DNA from: an uncultured Planctomycetales bacterium
Lineage (GTDB): Bacteria; Omnitrophota; Gorgyraeia; Zapsychrales; JANLHA01
NCBI GenBank assembly: GCA_964450385.1
Contig: CAYVEC010000011.1
Location: 150-64,149, forward strand
Length of the DNA: 64,000 nt
Direction: 5' to 3'
Shown: one piece after another, positions 1 to 11,583 of the stretch
Layout: the number at the start of each line of letters is the position of its first letter
Numbering within the stretch: position 1 is the first letter of the stretch
Notes under the pieces: generated by a model
Told to the model about the DNA's origin: nothing
What the model saw: only the letters and a program-made list of their open reading frames with translations
Database searches by the model: none
Position numbers and translations under genes: made by a program

Positions 1-136
1 ATGGCGTCCTTGAGATCGTTTTGCCACGGAGTACGCAAACCCAGCAGAAGAAGATCGCGATTCAATGACACGATGAATCGAAAGTGTCCAGGGCGCCGAC
101 AAGGCGCCCTGGATGTGCTCAAGAGGGGGGAATAAA

Positions 137-724
137 ATGAGACGGATATTTATTGTAGGGTTCATGACCGCGGCCGTCGGTGTTTCGCTTGCCGTCGGGG
201 GGCCTGTTTGGGCCGCGGACGAACCGACTGTCGCGGAATTAAAGGCAACGATTCAAAGCCTTGAGGCCCGGGTCGCGGAACTTGAAAATCGTCTTAAGGA
301 ATATGAGGGCGGCTCAGCCAATGAGCCGGATCGGTGGGACCCTTTTGCGGAAATGCGGCGTATGCAGGATGAGATGAACCGGCTTTTTGATGATTCTTTG
401 GACCGCAGTCCTTTTGTGATGCCGGGGGTTCATGTGAACGCGGCCGAACCGCACATCGAGGATGCTGGCGACGCGTATCGGATCCGCCTTGATCTGCCGG
501 GGATGGATGATCAGAGTGTGTCCGTTGAGGCCCGGCAGGGGGTGTTAATGATCGAGGGAAAGAAGGAGTCGCGCACCGAGGAGGCGGGTCCGGGCCGGGT
601 TTATGCGACCCGCGCATCGGGTTTATTCCGTCGGAGCATTCCGATCCCCAAGGATGCAGTCGGGGAGGGCATGCAGGTGCAGTATGCGGATGATGTGTTA
701 ACGATCACCTTGAAGAAGAAATGA
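137..724 (+). CDS. Hsp20/alpha-crystallin family small heat-shock protein with N-terminal signal peptide (track ORF 113..724; ATG 137 preferred, RBS AGAGGGGGG 6 nt upstream)
   Basis: Alpha-crystallin domain (YRIRLDLPGMDDQSVSVEARQGVLMIEGKK...VLTITLKK). N-terminus MRRIFIVGFMTAAVGVSLAVGGPVWA/AD looks like a Sec signal peptide. Coiled-coil-like segment TVAELKATIQSLEARVAELENRLKE precedes the ACD. Confidence 0.8.
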   Translation: MRRIFIVGFMTAAVGVSLAVGGPVWAADEPTVAELKATIQSLEARVAELENRLKEYEGGSANEPDRWDPFAEMRRMQDEMNRLFDDSLDRSPFVMPGVHVNAAEPHIEDAGDAYRIRLDLPGMDDQSVSVEARQGVLMIEGKKESRTEEAGPGRVYATRASGLFRRSIPIPKDAVGEGMQVQYADDVLTITLKKK

Positions 725-742
725 CAAGGATAGGGAGCAGCG

Positions 743-3316
<2,574 letters not shown>

Positions 3317-3369
3317 TCGCGCTGCTCTTTGAAAATTCAGAAGGGCGTTCTGCCGGGCATAAAAAGCCG

Positions 3370-3398
3370 TTGTCAAACACAGCGGCCGGCGGTATACT
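3370..3398 (+). promoter_or_regulatory. sigma70-like promoter TTGTCA-17 nt-TATACT upstream of the membrane-protein ORF
   Basis: TTGTCA at 3370-3375, TATACT at 3393-3398, 17-nt spacer. GGAGGAGAGG RBS before ATG 3431. Confidence 0.45.
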
Positions 3399-3430
3399 CT
3401 TGTCACACGAACTCGCACGGAGGAGAGGGA

Positions 3431-4114
3431 ATGAATCCTGTTATTCTGTTGATGATCCTCATTTGCGTCGCCGGGATCATCTTTCTGAGCAGCGATTTCT
3501 TGAGCCAGAAGGATAAGCGTAAACGGTATTTGGCTTCTCTGATCAAGCTGCTGAAGGCCGACGTGACGCCGATTGAAGGGATGCCAGGGTCGGTCCGCCT
3601 CTCGTTTGTCTATCGCCAGGAGTCGTTCACCTATGAAGATGTTGAAGACAAGATCGCGGACCGGACGCTCTACCGGGGGTATCTGCGGCTGGCAACGCCC
3701 TTGGCCTTGACCTTGAGTTTCACGGAACGCCTTCGAACGAATATCCGTTCTAATAATCCTGCCTTGGCCCCTGAGGATCGATCCGCTGCAGGCGGCGGCA
3801 CTGCGATCCAGCTTCCGGAGGTTCTTAAGGAATTCGCGGCGTATGCCAATAATGAATTTTGGGCGAATCGATTATTCCAGAACGAGGTCGTTGGTAAGGT
3901 CTTCAGCCGCTATAAATACCGTGACGGCCGGGGGAAGCCGATGCTGTCGCTTGAGATTATCGATGGGGTGATTCTATTGCGGTTTTCCCCTCCGGGCGAG
4001 CTCGAACCGTCGATCCTGAACCTGTGGAACGACGTCGCCCGCATCGAGAATTATATGGAAGACATGATCCTCCTTGCCTATCACATGCATCGGATTTATC
4101 GCGATCAGCAGTGA
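3431..4114 (+). CDS. Hypothetical membrane-anchored protein (single N-terminal TM helix), function unknown
   Basis: ORF 3329..4114 in track; start placed at ATG 3431 (MNPVILLMILICVAGIIFLSS) with a strong RBS. No recognisable domain by eye. Confidence 0.5.
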   Translation: MNPVILLMILICVAGIIFLSSDFLSQKDKRKRYLASLIKLLKADVTPIEGMPGSVRLSFVYRQESFTYEDVEDKIADRTLYRGYLRLATPLALTLSFTERLRTNIRSNNPALAPEDRSAAGGGTAIQLPEVLKEFAAYANNEFWANRLFQNEVVGKVFSRYKYRDGRGKPMLSLEIIDGVILLRFSPPGELEPSILNLWNDVARIENYMEDMILLAYHMHRIYRDQQ

Positions 4115-4170
4115 TCCCTCCGGGTCCGTTATGGGGCCGTTGCGTTTTCGTCCATGAGCGCCAGAAGCCA

Positions 4171-4198
4171 TTGACAGAAAAGGTCTTTTTGTTATAAT
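4171..4198 (+). promoter_or_regulatory. Near-consensus sigma70 promoter TTGACA-16 nt-TATAAT for the hrcA-grpE-dnaK-dnaJ unit
   Basis: TTGACA at 4171-4176, TATAAT at 4193-4198. Confidence 0.7.
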
Positions 4199-4205
4199 AC
4201 GACCC

Positions 4206-4232
4206 TTAGCAATCACAATTGATGAGTGCTAA
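4206..4232 (+). promoter_or_regulatory. CIRCE operator (HrcA binding site) TTAGCAATC-N9-GAGTGCTAA
   Basis: One mismatch to the consensus TTAGCACTC-N9-GAGTGCTAA. Positioned between the -10 element and the hrcA start. Confidence 0.8.
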
Positions 4233-4287
4233 TAAACATGATTTGACCCGTGGGTTCCCAGAGACAACATGACAGTGGGAGGCATTG

Positions 4288-5025
4288 ATGACACCCAGAC
4301 AGATCAATCTCAGAGAACGAAAAGACACTGTATTAGGGATCGTTGTTAATGAGTATATTAACCACGTAGCGCCCGTGAGCTCGGGCCATATTGCCCACAA
4401 CCATCTGATGGAGCTCAGCACCGCTACGATCCGCAATATCCTGGCAGAGTTGGAGGATGACGGGTATTTGACGCATCCGCACACCTCGTCAGGCCGGATC
4501 CCCACGGAACAGGGGTACCGGTATTACGTGAACCATTTGATGAACGAGATCTCGCTCCTTGAGGAACACAAACGGCAGCTTAAGGAACAGTATGACCGCC
4601 AGGTTCGGGACCTCGAGCAGCTCCTTGAAAAGACAACAGAGATGATCTCGGGGTTTACGCATTACACGAGCATCGTGACCGTGGACGGCAGTGATCAGCG
4701 CATCTTTTGCAGCGGGACCCGTTATGTCGTCGAGTATCCGGATCATCCCGATATCCAGAAGATCCGGGATATCCTTGCCCTTTTGGAGCAGAAAGAGCAG
4801 CTCTTGACCCTGGTGAATCGTGAGCTCGAGCGGCGGGTCGACGTCTTCATCGGGCATGAGCTGGCCTGCCGGGCGACCGATTCGTGTTCGATGGCCGTGT
4901 CGCGCTATCGGCTGAATAATGGCTGTACGGGCCGGCTCGCGGTCCTGGGACCGACGCATATGGATTATCAAAAAGTGGTTTCAACGCTCGAATATTTTTC
5001 GAACGTTATTCAAGAACTAATGTAG
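4288..5025 (+). CDS. hrcA: Heat-inducible transcription repressor HrcA (short form, ~245 aa)
   Basis: N-terminal winged-helix region (LGIVVNEYI...SSGHIA...IRNILAELEDDGYLTHPHTSSGRIPTEQGYRYY). C-terminal GRLAVLGPTHMDY motif. Track start 4285 is TTG; the ATG is at 4288 with RBS GGGAGG. Confidence 0.85.
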   Translation: MTPRQINLRERKDTVLGIVVNEYINHVAPVSSGHIAHNHLMELSTATIRNILAELEDDGYLTHPHTSSGRIPTEQGYRYYVNHLMNEISLLEEHKRQLKEQYDRQVRDLEQLLEKTTEMISGFTHYTSIVTVDGSDQRIFCSGTRYVVEYPDHPDIQKIRDILALLEQKEQLLTLVNRELERRVDVFIGHELACRATDSCSMAVSRYRLNNGCTGRLAVLGPTHMDYQKVVSTLEYFSNVIQELM

Positions 5026-5048
5026 GACGCGTGACAAGGAATGATGTG

Positions 5049-5657
5049 ATGACAAAAAAACATTCAGAAGACGCATCGTCGAAAGAGCCCGAGAAGGCGT
5101 CCGAGGCAGATGTCCCTTCCGAGCAGGGGGTCACCTTGACACGGGCTCAGCACGAGGCCTTGGTGGCTGAGGCGAAAGAGCATAAGGACCGGTATCTCCG
5201 GATCCTCGCGGAGTTTGAGAATGCCCGCAAGCGCCAAGAGCGGGAGCGCCAGGAATTCATCCGATATGCGAATGAGGGATTGATTCTGGATTTCCTTCAT
5301 ATCGTTGATGACCTGGAGCGGACCGTCTCGGCGGCACGGCAGCGGCATGAGGACGATGAGTCGTTCATCAAAGGGATCGAGATGGTGCTGGGGCGCGTTC
5401 ATGAGTTGTTAAAAAAACAGGGGGTTACGCCCATCGAGTGTCAGGGCAAGATGTTTGACCCGCACAGTCACGAGGTCCTGATGCAGGAGCCGCGGACCGA
5501 CTGTGAGAGTGGGACGGTGGTGGAGGAACTGCAGAAGGGGTATCGTCTCGGCGAGCGCGTGGTGCGCACCGCCAAGGTTAAAGTCGCGATGGCTCCGGCC
5601 GGCGCCAGGGATGCGGGCGGTCCCGGCGACGAGGCCGCGTCATTGGAGAATGAATAA
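5049..5657 (+). CDS. grpE: Nucleotide exchange factor GrpE
   Basis: GrpE family sequence with coiled-coil N-half. Track start 5031 is GTG; an in-frame ATG at 5049 has RBS AAGGAA. Confidence 0.85.
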   Translation: MTKKHSEDASSKEPEKASEADVPSEQGVTLTRAQHEALVAEAKEHKDRYLRILAEFENARKRQERERQEFIRYANEGLILDFLHIVDDLERTVSAARQRHEDDESFIKGIEMVLGRVHELLKKQGVTPIECQGKMFDPHSHEVLMQEPRTDCESGTVVEELQKGYRLGERVVRTAKVKVAMAPAGARDAGGPGDEAASLENE

Positions 5658-5717
5658 AGGCTATCGAATTATTATTAATTGAGGACATGATCGAGCGGTT
5701 AGGAGAAGGAGGGGATT

Positions 5718-7631
5718 ATGGCAAAGGCAATCGGGATTGACTTAGGGACATCGAATTCAGCGGCATCGGTGATGGAGGGCGGCCGTCCGGTGATCTTGCC
5801 GTCGGCGGAAGGGGCGGGGGTTGCGTCGGGCAAGGCCTTTCCGTCATTTGTCGGATTTACTAAGGATGGACAGCGGCTTGTGGGTGAACCGGCCCGCCGT
5901 CAGGCGCCGATCAACCCGGAAGGAACGATCTATGCGGCGAAGCGCAAGATGGGGACTGAGGAAAAATTCAAGGTCTTCGATAAAGAGTTTACGCCGCAGC
6001 AGGTGAGCGCCTTTATTTTGCAGAAGATCAAGGCCGATGCGGAGAAGTATCTCGGCGAGACGGTTGAAGAAGCCGTGATCACGGTGCCGGCCTATTTCAA
6101 TGACAATCAGCGTCAGGCCACGCGCGACGCGGGCGAGATCGCGGGTCTCAAGGTCCTGCGTATCATTAATGAGCCGACGGCTGCTTGTCTGGCTTATGGG
6201 CTGGACAAGACGGGGAAGGACCAGAAGATCATGGTCTTTGATCTCGGCGGCGGGACCCTCGATGTCACGATCATGGAAATGGGGTGGGATGAGGCCAATA
6301 AGGCCGCGACCTTTGAGGTCCTGGCCACGAGCGGCGACAATCATCTCGGCGGAACGGATATGGATAATATCCTGATTGATTTTATTTGTGATGAATTCAA
6401 GCGCGAGAGCGGGATCAACCTGAAGGGCGATAAGATGGCCTTTCAGCGTCTTCGTGAGGCCGCCGAGAAGGCCAAGGTGGAGCTCTCGAGTACGATCTCA
6501 ACGGAGGTGAATCTCCCGTTTATTACGGCCGACAGCTCCGGCCCGAAGCATTTGACGATGACGATCGACCGCGCCCGGCTCGAGTCGCTCGTCGGTCCGA
6601 TCATTGACCGCTGCCGCGGCCCGATCGTTCAGGCCGTGAAGGGCGCCTCGGATAAGATCGGGGAGACCGTGAAGATCGACCGCGTGATCATGGTCGGCGG
6701 ACCGACCCGGATGCCGATCGTCCAGGCCTTTGTGGAAAAAGAGGTGGGACAGAAGATCGAGCGGGGGATCGATCCTATGGAGTGCGTGGCCATGGGGGCC
6801 GCGATTCAGGCCGGGATCATCCGGGGTGAGGCCAAAGAGGTCCTCCTCCTTGATGTCACGCCTTTGTCGCTCGGGATCGAGACCATGGGTGGGATCTTCA
6901 CGAAACTGATCGAGCGGAACACGACGATCCCGACGCGAAAGAGCCAGGTCTTTTCAACCGCTGAAGATAATCAGCCGGCTGTCACGATCCGCGTTCTTCA
7001 GGGAGAGCGTCAGATGGCGAACGACAACACCGAGCTTGGCCGTTTTGACCTTGTCGGTTTGCCGCCTGCACCGCGCGGGGTGCCGCAGATCGAGGTCACA
7101 TTCGACATCGATACCGACGGAATTGTTCATGTTTCGGCCAAAGATAAGGGGACCGGCAAGGAGCAGAGCATTCGGATCACCTCGCCGCACAAACTCTCTG
7201 AGGCCGAGATCGATAAGATGGTCAAGGAGGCAGAGAAATACGCGGATGAGGATAAGAAACGAAAAGAAGAGGTTGAGTTCGTTAATCAGGCGAATGTGAT
7301 CGTCTATTCAACCGAGAAATCCCTTAAGGATTATGGGGACAAGGTCTCGGCAACGGATAAGGCGAACATCGAAAAAGAGCTCGCTTCCCTCAAAGAGGCG
7401 ATTCAGGCGAAGGATAGTGGTAAGATTAAGGCCGGCATGGAGTCCTTGCAGAAGGCGGCTCATAAATTGGCCGAGGAGGTCTATAAGGCGACGGCCGCCG
7501 AGCAGGCTGCCGGCGCTGCCGGCGCCGGGGACGGGGCGCAGTCGTCCGCGGGCCCGAGTCAGGAATCGGCACAGCCCAAGAAAGACGGGGGCAAGGATGA
7601 TGTGATCGACGCGGATTTCAAGACCGAATAA
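5718..7631 (+). CDS. dnaK: Molecular chaperone DnaK (Hsp70)
   Basis: [19 protein letters not shown], Hsp70 signature motifs. 637 aa. GGAGG RBS. Confidence 0.97.
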   Translation: MAKAIGIDLGTSNSAASVMEGGRPVILPSAEGAGVASGKAFPSFVGFTKDGQRLVGEPARRQAPINPEGTIYAAKRKMGTEEKFKVFDKEFTPQQVSAFILQKIKADAEKYLGETVEEAVITVPAYFNDNQRQATRDAGEIAGLKVLRIINEPTAACLAYGLDKTGKDQKIMVFDLGGGTLDVTIMEMGWDEANKAATFEVLATSGDNHLGGTDMDNILIDFICDEFKRESGINLKGDKMAFQRLREAAEKAKVELSSTISTEVNLPFITADSSGPKHLTMTIDRARLESLVGPIIDRCRGPIVQAVKGASDKIGETVKIDRVIMVGGPTRMPIVQAFVEKEVGQKIERGIDPMECVAMGAAIQAGIIRGEAKEVLLLDVTPLSLGIETMGGIFTKLIERNTTIPTRKSQVFSTAEDNQPAVTIRVLQGERQMANDNTELGRFDLVGLPPAPRGVPQIEVTFDIDTDGIVHVSAKDKGTGKEQSIRITSPHKLSEAEIDKMVKEAEKYADEDKKRKEEVEFVNQANVIVYSTEKSLKDYGDKVSATDKANIEKELASLKEAIQAKDSGKIKAGMESLQKAAHKLAEEVYKATAAEQAAGAAGAGDGAQSSAGPSQESAQPKKDGGKDDVIDADFKTE

Positions 7632-7681
7632 ACGCGTGGCACCACGGCCGGAGAGGATTCCGGGCCGTGAGAGAAGGAACC

Positions 7682-8839
7682 ATGAAGAAAGACTACTATG
7701 AAATTCTCGGAGTTGCCCGTGACGCCTCGGTGCAGGATATTAAGAAGGCGTATCGGTCCCTCGCCTTAAAATATCATCCCGATCGGGTCCCTGCTGAGGA
7801 AAAGAAAGCGGCCGAAGAGCGGTTTAAAGAGATCTCCGAGGCGTATGGCGTTATTTCGGATCCGCAGAAGCGGAAGCTCTATGATCAGTATGGTCATAGC
7901 GGGATCGATCAGAATTTTACCGCCGAGGACATTTTTAAGGGCGCGGATTTCAGCGGCTTTAACGACCTCGGGGATATCTTCAGCCAATTCTTTGGCGACG
8001 GCTTTGATCTCTTCGGTGGCGGCCGCGGCGGCTCCGGGTATCGGGCGCAGCAGCGCGCGGAGCGTGTGCAGCGCGGCCGGGACATTCAATATGAACTTGA
8101 GGTCTCGCTCGAAGAGGCGTTTCAGGGGGTCAGCAAGAAGATCAAGGTGCCCCGCCATGAGCATTGCACGGCCTGTAACGGCTCTGGGGCGAAATCGAAC
8201 GCGCATAAAAAAACATGCGCCTCGTGCGGTGGGTCTGGACAGGTGATCATGTCGAGCGGATTTTTCCGAATGGCCCAGACGTGTTCCGCCTGCGGGGGCC
8301 GGGGTGAGACCATTACAGAGTATTGTGCGACCTGTCAGGGTAAGGGCGTGAACCGTGTCGTGCGTTCGATCGATGTGACCGTGCCGCCGGGAGTGGATAA
8401 TGACACCCGGTTGAGGGTCCGTGGAGAGGGCGAAGTCGGAAGCGGAGGCCCCGGGGACCTGTATCTGTATCTTCTTGTTAAAGAGCACCCGGTCTTTAGG
8501 CGCGCGGGTCAGGATATTGAACTGGACCTGCCGGTCCATTTTTTGTTGGCGGCGCTGGGGGGTGAGGTCACGGTCGCGACCCTGAGCGGTGATGTCGCGA
8601 TGAAAATCCCCGCCGGGACGCAGAGCGGCAAGGTCTTCCGTTTAAGAGGCAAGGGGATGCCGTCTCTCCGCGGGGGCGACGCAGGTGATCAGTATGTGCG
8701 GGTGATGGTCTCGGTTCCGACCCGGTTGTCACCGGAGGAACGTCGGCTCCTTGAGGAACTGGCCGAGGTGTCTGATGTGAAGGGCGTCCTGAAGGGCCGA
8801 GATTCCGCGCTTGATAAGGTGAAAAAGATCTTTAAATGA
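7682..8839 (+). CDS. dnaJ: Molecular chaperone DnaJ (J domain, G/F region, four CxxCxGxG zinc fingers)
   Basis: KDYYEILGV...HPD J domain. CTACNGSG, CASCGGSG, CSACGGRG, CATCQGKG. Track start 7667 is GTG; the ATG is at 7682 with RBS GAGAAGGAA. Confidence 0.95.
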   Translation: MKKDYYEILGVARDASVQDIKKAYRSLALKYHPDRVPAEEKKAAEERFKEISEAYGVISDPQKRKLYDQYGHSGIDQNFTAEDIFKGADFSGFNDLGDIFSQFFGDGFDLFGGGRGGSGYRAQQRAERVQRGRDIQYELEVSLEEAFQGVSKKIKVPRHEHCTACNGSGAKSNAHKKTCASCGGSGQVIMSSGFFRMAQTCSACGGRGETITEYCATCQGKGVNRVVRSIDVTVPPGVDNDTRLRVRGEGEVGSGGPGDLYLYLLVKEHPVFRRAGQDIELDLPVHFLLAALGGEVTVATLSGDVAMKIPAGTQSGKVFRLRGKGMPSLRGGDAGDQYVRVMVSVPTRLSPEERRLLEELAEVSDVKGVLKGRDSALDKVKKIFK

Positions 8840-8866
8840 GGGGCCTGGTTTAGAGGGAGACGCGCG

Positions 8867-9139
8867 ATGCCGACATATCAATATGAATGTGATGCCTGCG
8901 GGCATGCCTTTACGCAGATGCAGTCGATCACAGAACCGAAATTAAAAGAATGTCCCGCCTGTCACGGCCAGACGCTTCAGCGTCTCATTGGCACCGGCTC
9001 TGGGGTGATCTTTAAAGGCAGCGGCTTTTATGAGACGGATTATAAAAATAGATCATGCGCTGATTCGAAGGCCTGCCCGGTGAAAAAAGACCAGGCCGGG
9101 GGAGGGTGCGGGTGCCCTTCAGGCGGCTGCTCTCATTGA
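8867..9139 (+). CDS. FmdB-family putative regulatory zinc-ribbon protein
   Basis: MPTYQYECDACGHAF...CPACHG zinc ribbon. Gly/Cys-rich tail. Confidence 0.75.
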   Translation: MPTYQYECDACGHAFTQMQSITEPKLKECPACHGQTLQRLIGTGSGVIFKGSGFYETDYKNRSCADSKACPVKKDQAGGGCGCPSGGCSH

Positions 9140-9176
9140 TCGATAGCCGGTGTTGTGAACGCTCAAGGATGACAAA

Positions 9177-9203
9177 GAAGACGCCTTGGGCGTTCTTATT
9201 TGT
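9177..9203 (+). terminator. Rho-independent terminator after the dnaK operon/fmdB
   Basis: GAAGACGCC-TTG-GGCGTTCTT hairpin (9 bp with one bulge) followed by ATTTGT. Confidence 0.55.
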
Positions 9204-9354
9204 ATGGGAATAAATAGGTTATAAGCCGCTTTGATTTTTTGAAGAATTCATTTTTATAGATAAGGCCCTTTTGTTATTATTGTGTGGCATTTAAAAGGAT
9301 AATTTTTAATATTATAAGGAGGCTCCCGGGTTCTTCGGGCCTGGGGTATCGTCT

Positions 9355-10620
9355 ATGACTGAGATTCGACCCTTTCGCGCTGTGCACTACAATCAGGATA
9401 AGATCAAGGACCTCAATCGCGTGATGTGTCCGCCGTATGATGTGATCTCGGAAAAACAGCAGGATTTTTATTATTCCCAGAGCGAATGGAATTTTATCCG
9501 GGTCATGCTCGCTAAAGAGAAGCCGTCAGATTCGAAAGACAACAACCGCTATACTCGATCCAAGCACGAATATGACAAGTGGATCCAGGACAAGATTTTG
9601 GTCCAAGATGATCAGCCCTGCATCTATTTTTATCGTCAGGAGTATAAGGTTTTGGGCACGCGGCATTCCCGGCTTGGTTTTATCTCCCTGATGCGGATCC
9701 AGGATGACGGGAATTCGAAGGTATATCCTCATGAAAAGACCCACTCCGCGGCTAAGGAAGACCGGTTTAAGCTCTGGAGCGGGCTGGACGCGGCCTTAAG
9801 CTCGATCTTTGTCTGCTTCTCGGACCGGGAGCGCGCGGTCGAAAAAGCCTTCCTCAATGATGTATCAAAACAGCGGCCGTTTATTGATGTGACGGACCAG
9901 GACGGGGTCCGGCATATGGTCTGGCGTGTGGCGGATGAGGGCATTATCCGTACGATCGTTCAGGCTCTGCATGATGAAACGTTGTTCATCGCCGACGGAC
10001 ATCACCGCTATGAGGTCGCCCGTGAGATCAAGCGCCAGCGCGAGGCCTCGGCGCACAAAAAGGACCCTGATGCTCCGTATAATTTTATTATGACCTATTT
10101 TACGAACATTGATTCGAAGGATCTTCAGATTTTTCCGATGCACCGGATCGTGAAGACCTTTCCCCACGACCTGGGCTTTCTTGAGGAAATGTTCCGTGTC
10201 GATCGGGTCAAGACCCCGGAAGAACTTGTTCTGCTTGCGGCCAAGGCCGGCCAGAATGAGCATGCCTTTGGTCTTTATATGAAGAATGGGACGTGGCTCC
10301 TTCGGCTCAAAAACAAGCTGTTGATCGACAAGGTTGTGACCGAGGGGTCTCAGGCTTATAAGCGGCTTGATGCCTCGATCCTCAAGTATTTTATCCTCGA
10401 TCCCGTTGGGGTTCAGTCCGAGGACATTATTTATACGAAGGACCTCACGGATGTCACGTCCATGGTGGATTCGGGAAAGGCCAAGGCGGGCTTTATTATG
10501 AACGCAGTGAGGATCCAGCAGCTCAGGGACGTGGCCTTGAACGGCGAGAAGATGCCGCCGAAGACGACCTATTTTTATCCAAAATTATTGTCCGGGTTGA
10601 CCGTTCATAAACTGGGTTAA
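9355..10620 (+). CDS. DUF1015 family protein
   Basis: N-terminus MTEIRPFRAVHYN...VMCPPYDVISEKQQDFYY matches the conserved DUF1015 start. 421 aa. Confidence 0.7.
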   Translation: MTEIRPFRAVHYNQDKIKDLNRVMCPPYDVISEKQQDFYYSQSEWNFIRVMLAKEKPSDSKDNNRYTRSKHEYDKWIQDKILVQDDQPCIYFYRQEYKVLGTRHSRLGFISLMRIQDDGNSKVYPHEKTHSAAKEDRFKLWSGLDAALSSIFVCFSDRERAVEKAFLNDVSKQRPFIDVTDQDGVRHMVWRVADEGIIRTIVQALHDETLFIADGHHRYEVAREIKRQREASAHKKDPDAPYNFIMTYFTNIDSKDLQIFPMHRIVKTFPHDLGFLEEMFRVDRVKTPEELVLLAAKAGQNEHAFGLYMKNGTWLLRLKNKLLIDKVVTEGSQAYKRLDASILKYFILDPVGVQSEDIIYTKDLTDVTSMVDSGKAKAGFIMNAVRIQQLRDVALNGEKMPPKTTYFYPKLLSGLTVHKLG

Positions 10621-10661
10621 GGCAGTAAGGGCGATCGGGATCACGGCAAAGGGGTGGAGTC

Positions 10662-11504
10662 ATGGCCTTATTCGGTGAAAAAAAATACACGCTCGTCAGG
10701 GTTAAGAAGAAGAACATTCCTGAGGGCATCTGGTCGAAATGCCCGCAGTGTCAGGGCCCGGCTTATGTGAAGGCCCTTCGGGACAATCTGAACGTCTGTC
10801 AAAGTTGCGGGCACCATTTTACGCTAACGGCCCGTGAGCGGGTTGCCTTGCTCATTGACGCGGGTTCTTTTCGTGAAATGGATGCAGACCTGCACTCCAA
10901 GGACCCGCTCGTCTTTGAAGGTCCGAAGACCTATTTGACCAAACTCGATGAGGACCAGCAGAAGACCGGATTGACCGACGCGGTGATTACGGGGCATGGC
11001 CGGATCGGGGGGCATGAGGTCTTTTTGGGGGTCACGGATTCGCAGTTCATCATGGGATCGATGGGGTCTGTTGTCGGCGAGCGGATCACCCGTATGGTCG
11101 AAGCGGCCACAGAGGCCCGGCGGCCGGTGATCATTGTCTCGGGATCTGGCGGCGGGGCGCGGATGTATGAGGGGATGTTCTCGCTCATGCAGATGGCGAA
11201 GACCTGCGCGGCCCTTCGGCGTCATCATGAGGCCGGGGTGTTGTATATTTCGGTTTTGGCGGATCCAACCATGGGCGGGGTTATGGCCTCGTTCGCCGGG
11301 GTCGGGGATGTGATCATCGCTGAACCCAAGGCCTTGATCGGGTTCGCGGGGCCGCGGGTGATTGAGCAGACGACGCGGCAGAAGCTGCCGGCCGGGTTTC
11401 AGCGCGCGGAGTTTTTGTTGGCCCACGGATTGATCGACATGATCGTGGAGCGGAAACAGATGAAAACGACCCTGGTCTCCGTGATGGAGTCCTGCGGGTA
11501 TTGA
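10662..11504 (+). CDS. accD: Acetyl-CoA carboxylase carboxyltransferase subunit beta
   Basis: N-terminal CPQC...CQSC zinc finger followed by a carboxyltransferase domain. Confidence 0.9.
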   Translation: MALFGEKKYTLVRVKKKNIPEGIWSKCPQCQGPAYVKALRDNLNVCQSCGHHFTLTARERVALLIDAGSFREMDADLHSKDPLVFEGPKTYLTKLDEDQQKTGLTDAVITGHGRIGGHEVFLGVTDSQFIMGSMGSVVGERITRMVEAATEARRPVIIVSGSGGGARMYEGMFSLMQMAKTCAALRRHHEAGVLYISVLADPTMGGVMASFAGVGDVIIAEPKALIGFAGPRVIEQTTRQKLPAGFQRAEFLLAHGLIDMIVERKQMKTTLVSVMESCGY

Positions 11505-11583
11505 CGGCGGTGACGGATCGGAGCGAGAGGACGGTTGGGGGGCGGGCGGACGGCGCGGCATGGTGGATCAATGAGGGGGCTGT

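Noticed and set aside
8-40. Possible sigma32-type promoter (CTTGAGA ... GCCACGGA) upstream of hsp20
   Set aside because: The -35 resembles CTTGAAA but no convincing CCCCATnT -10 lies at the right spacing.
91-110. Inverted repeat GGGCGCCGACAAGGCGCCC just upstream of hsp20
   Set aside because: No T-tract follows, and it sits inside the likely 5' UTR. It could be a structure or operator, but there is no consensus to tie it to.
1-135. Frame-1 ORF entering from the left edge (MASLRSFCHGVRKPSRRRSRF...)
   Set aside because: Only 44 codons, Arg-rich and featureless. It could be the tail of an upstream gene, but nothing supports calling it.
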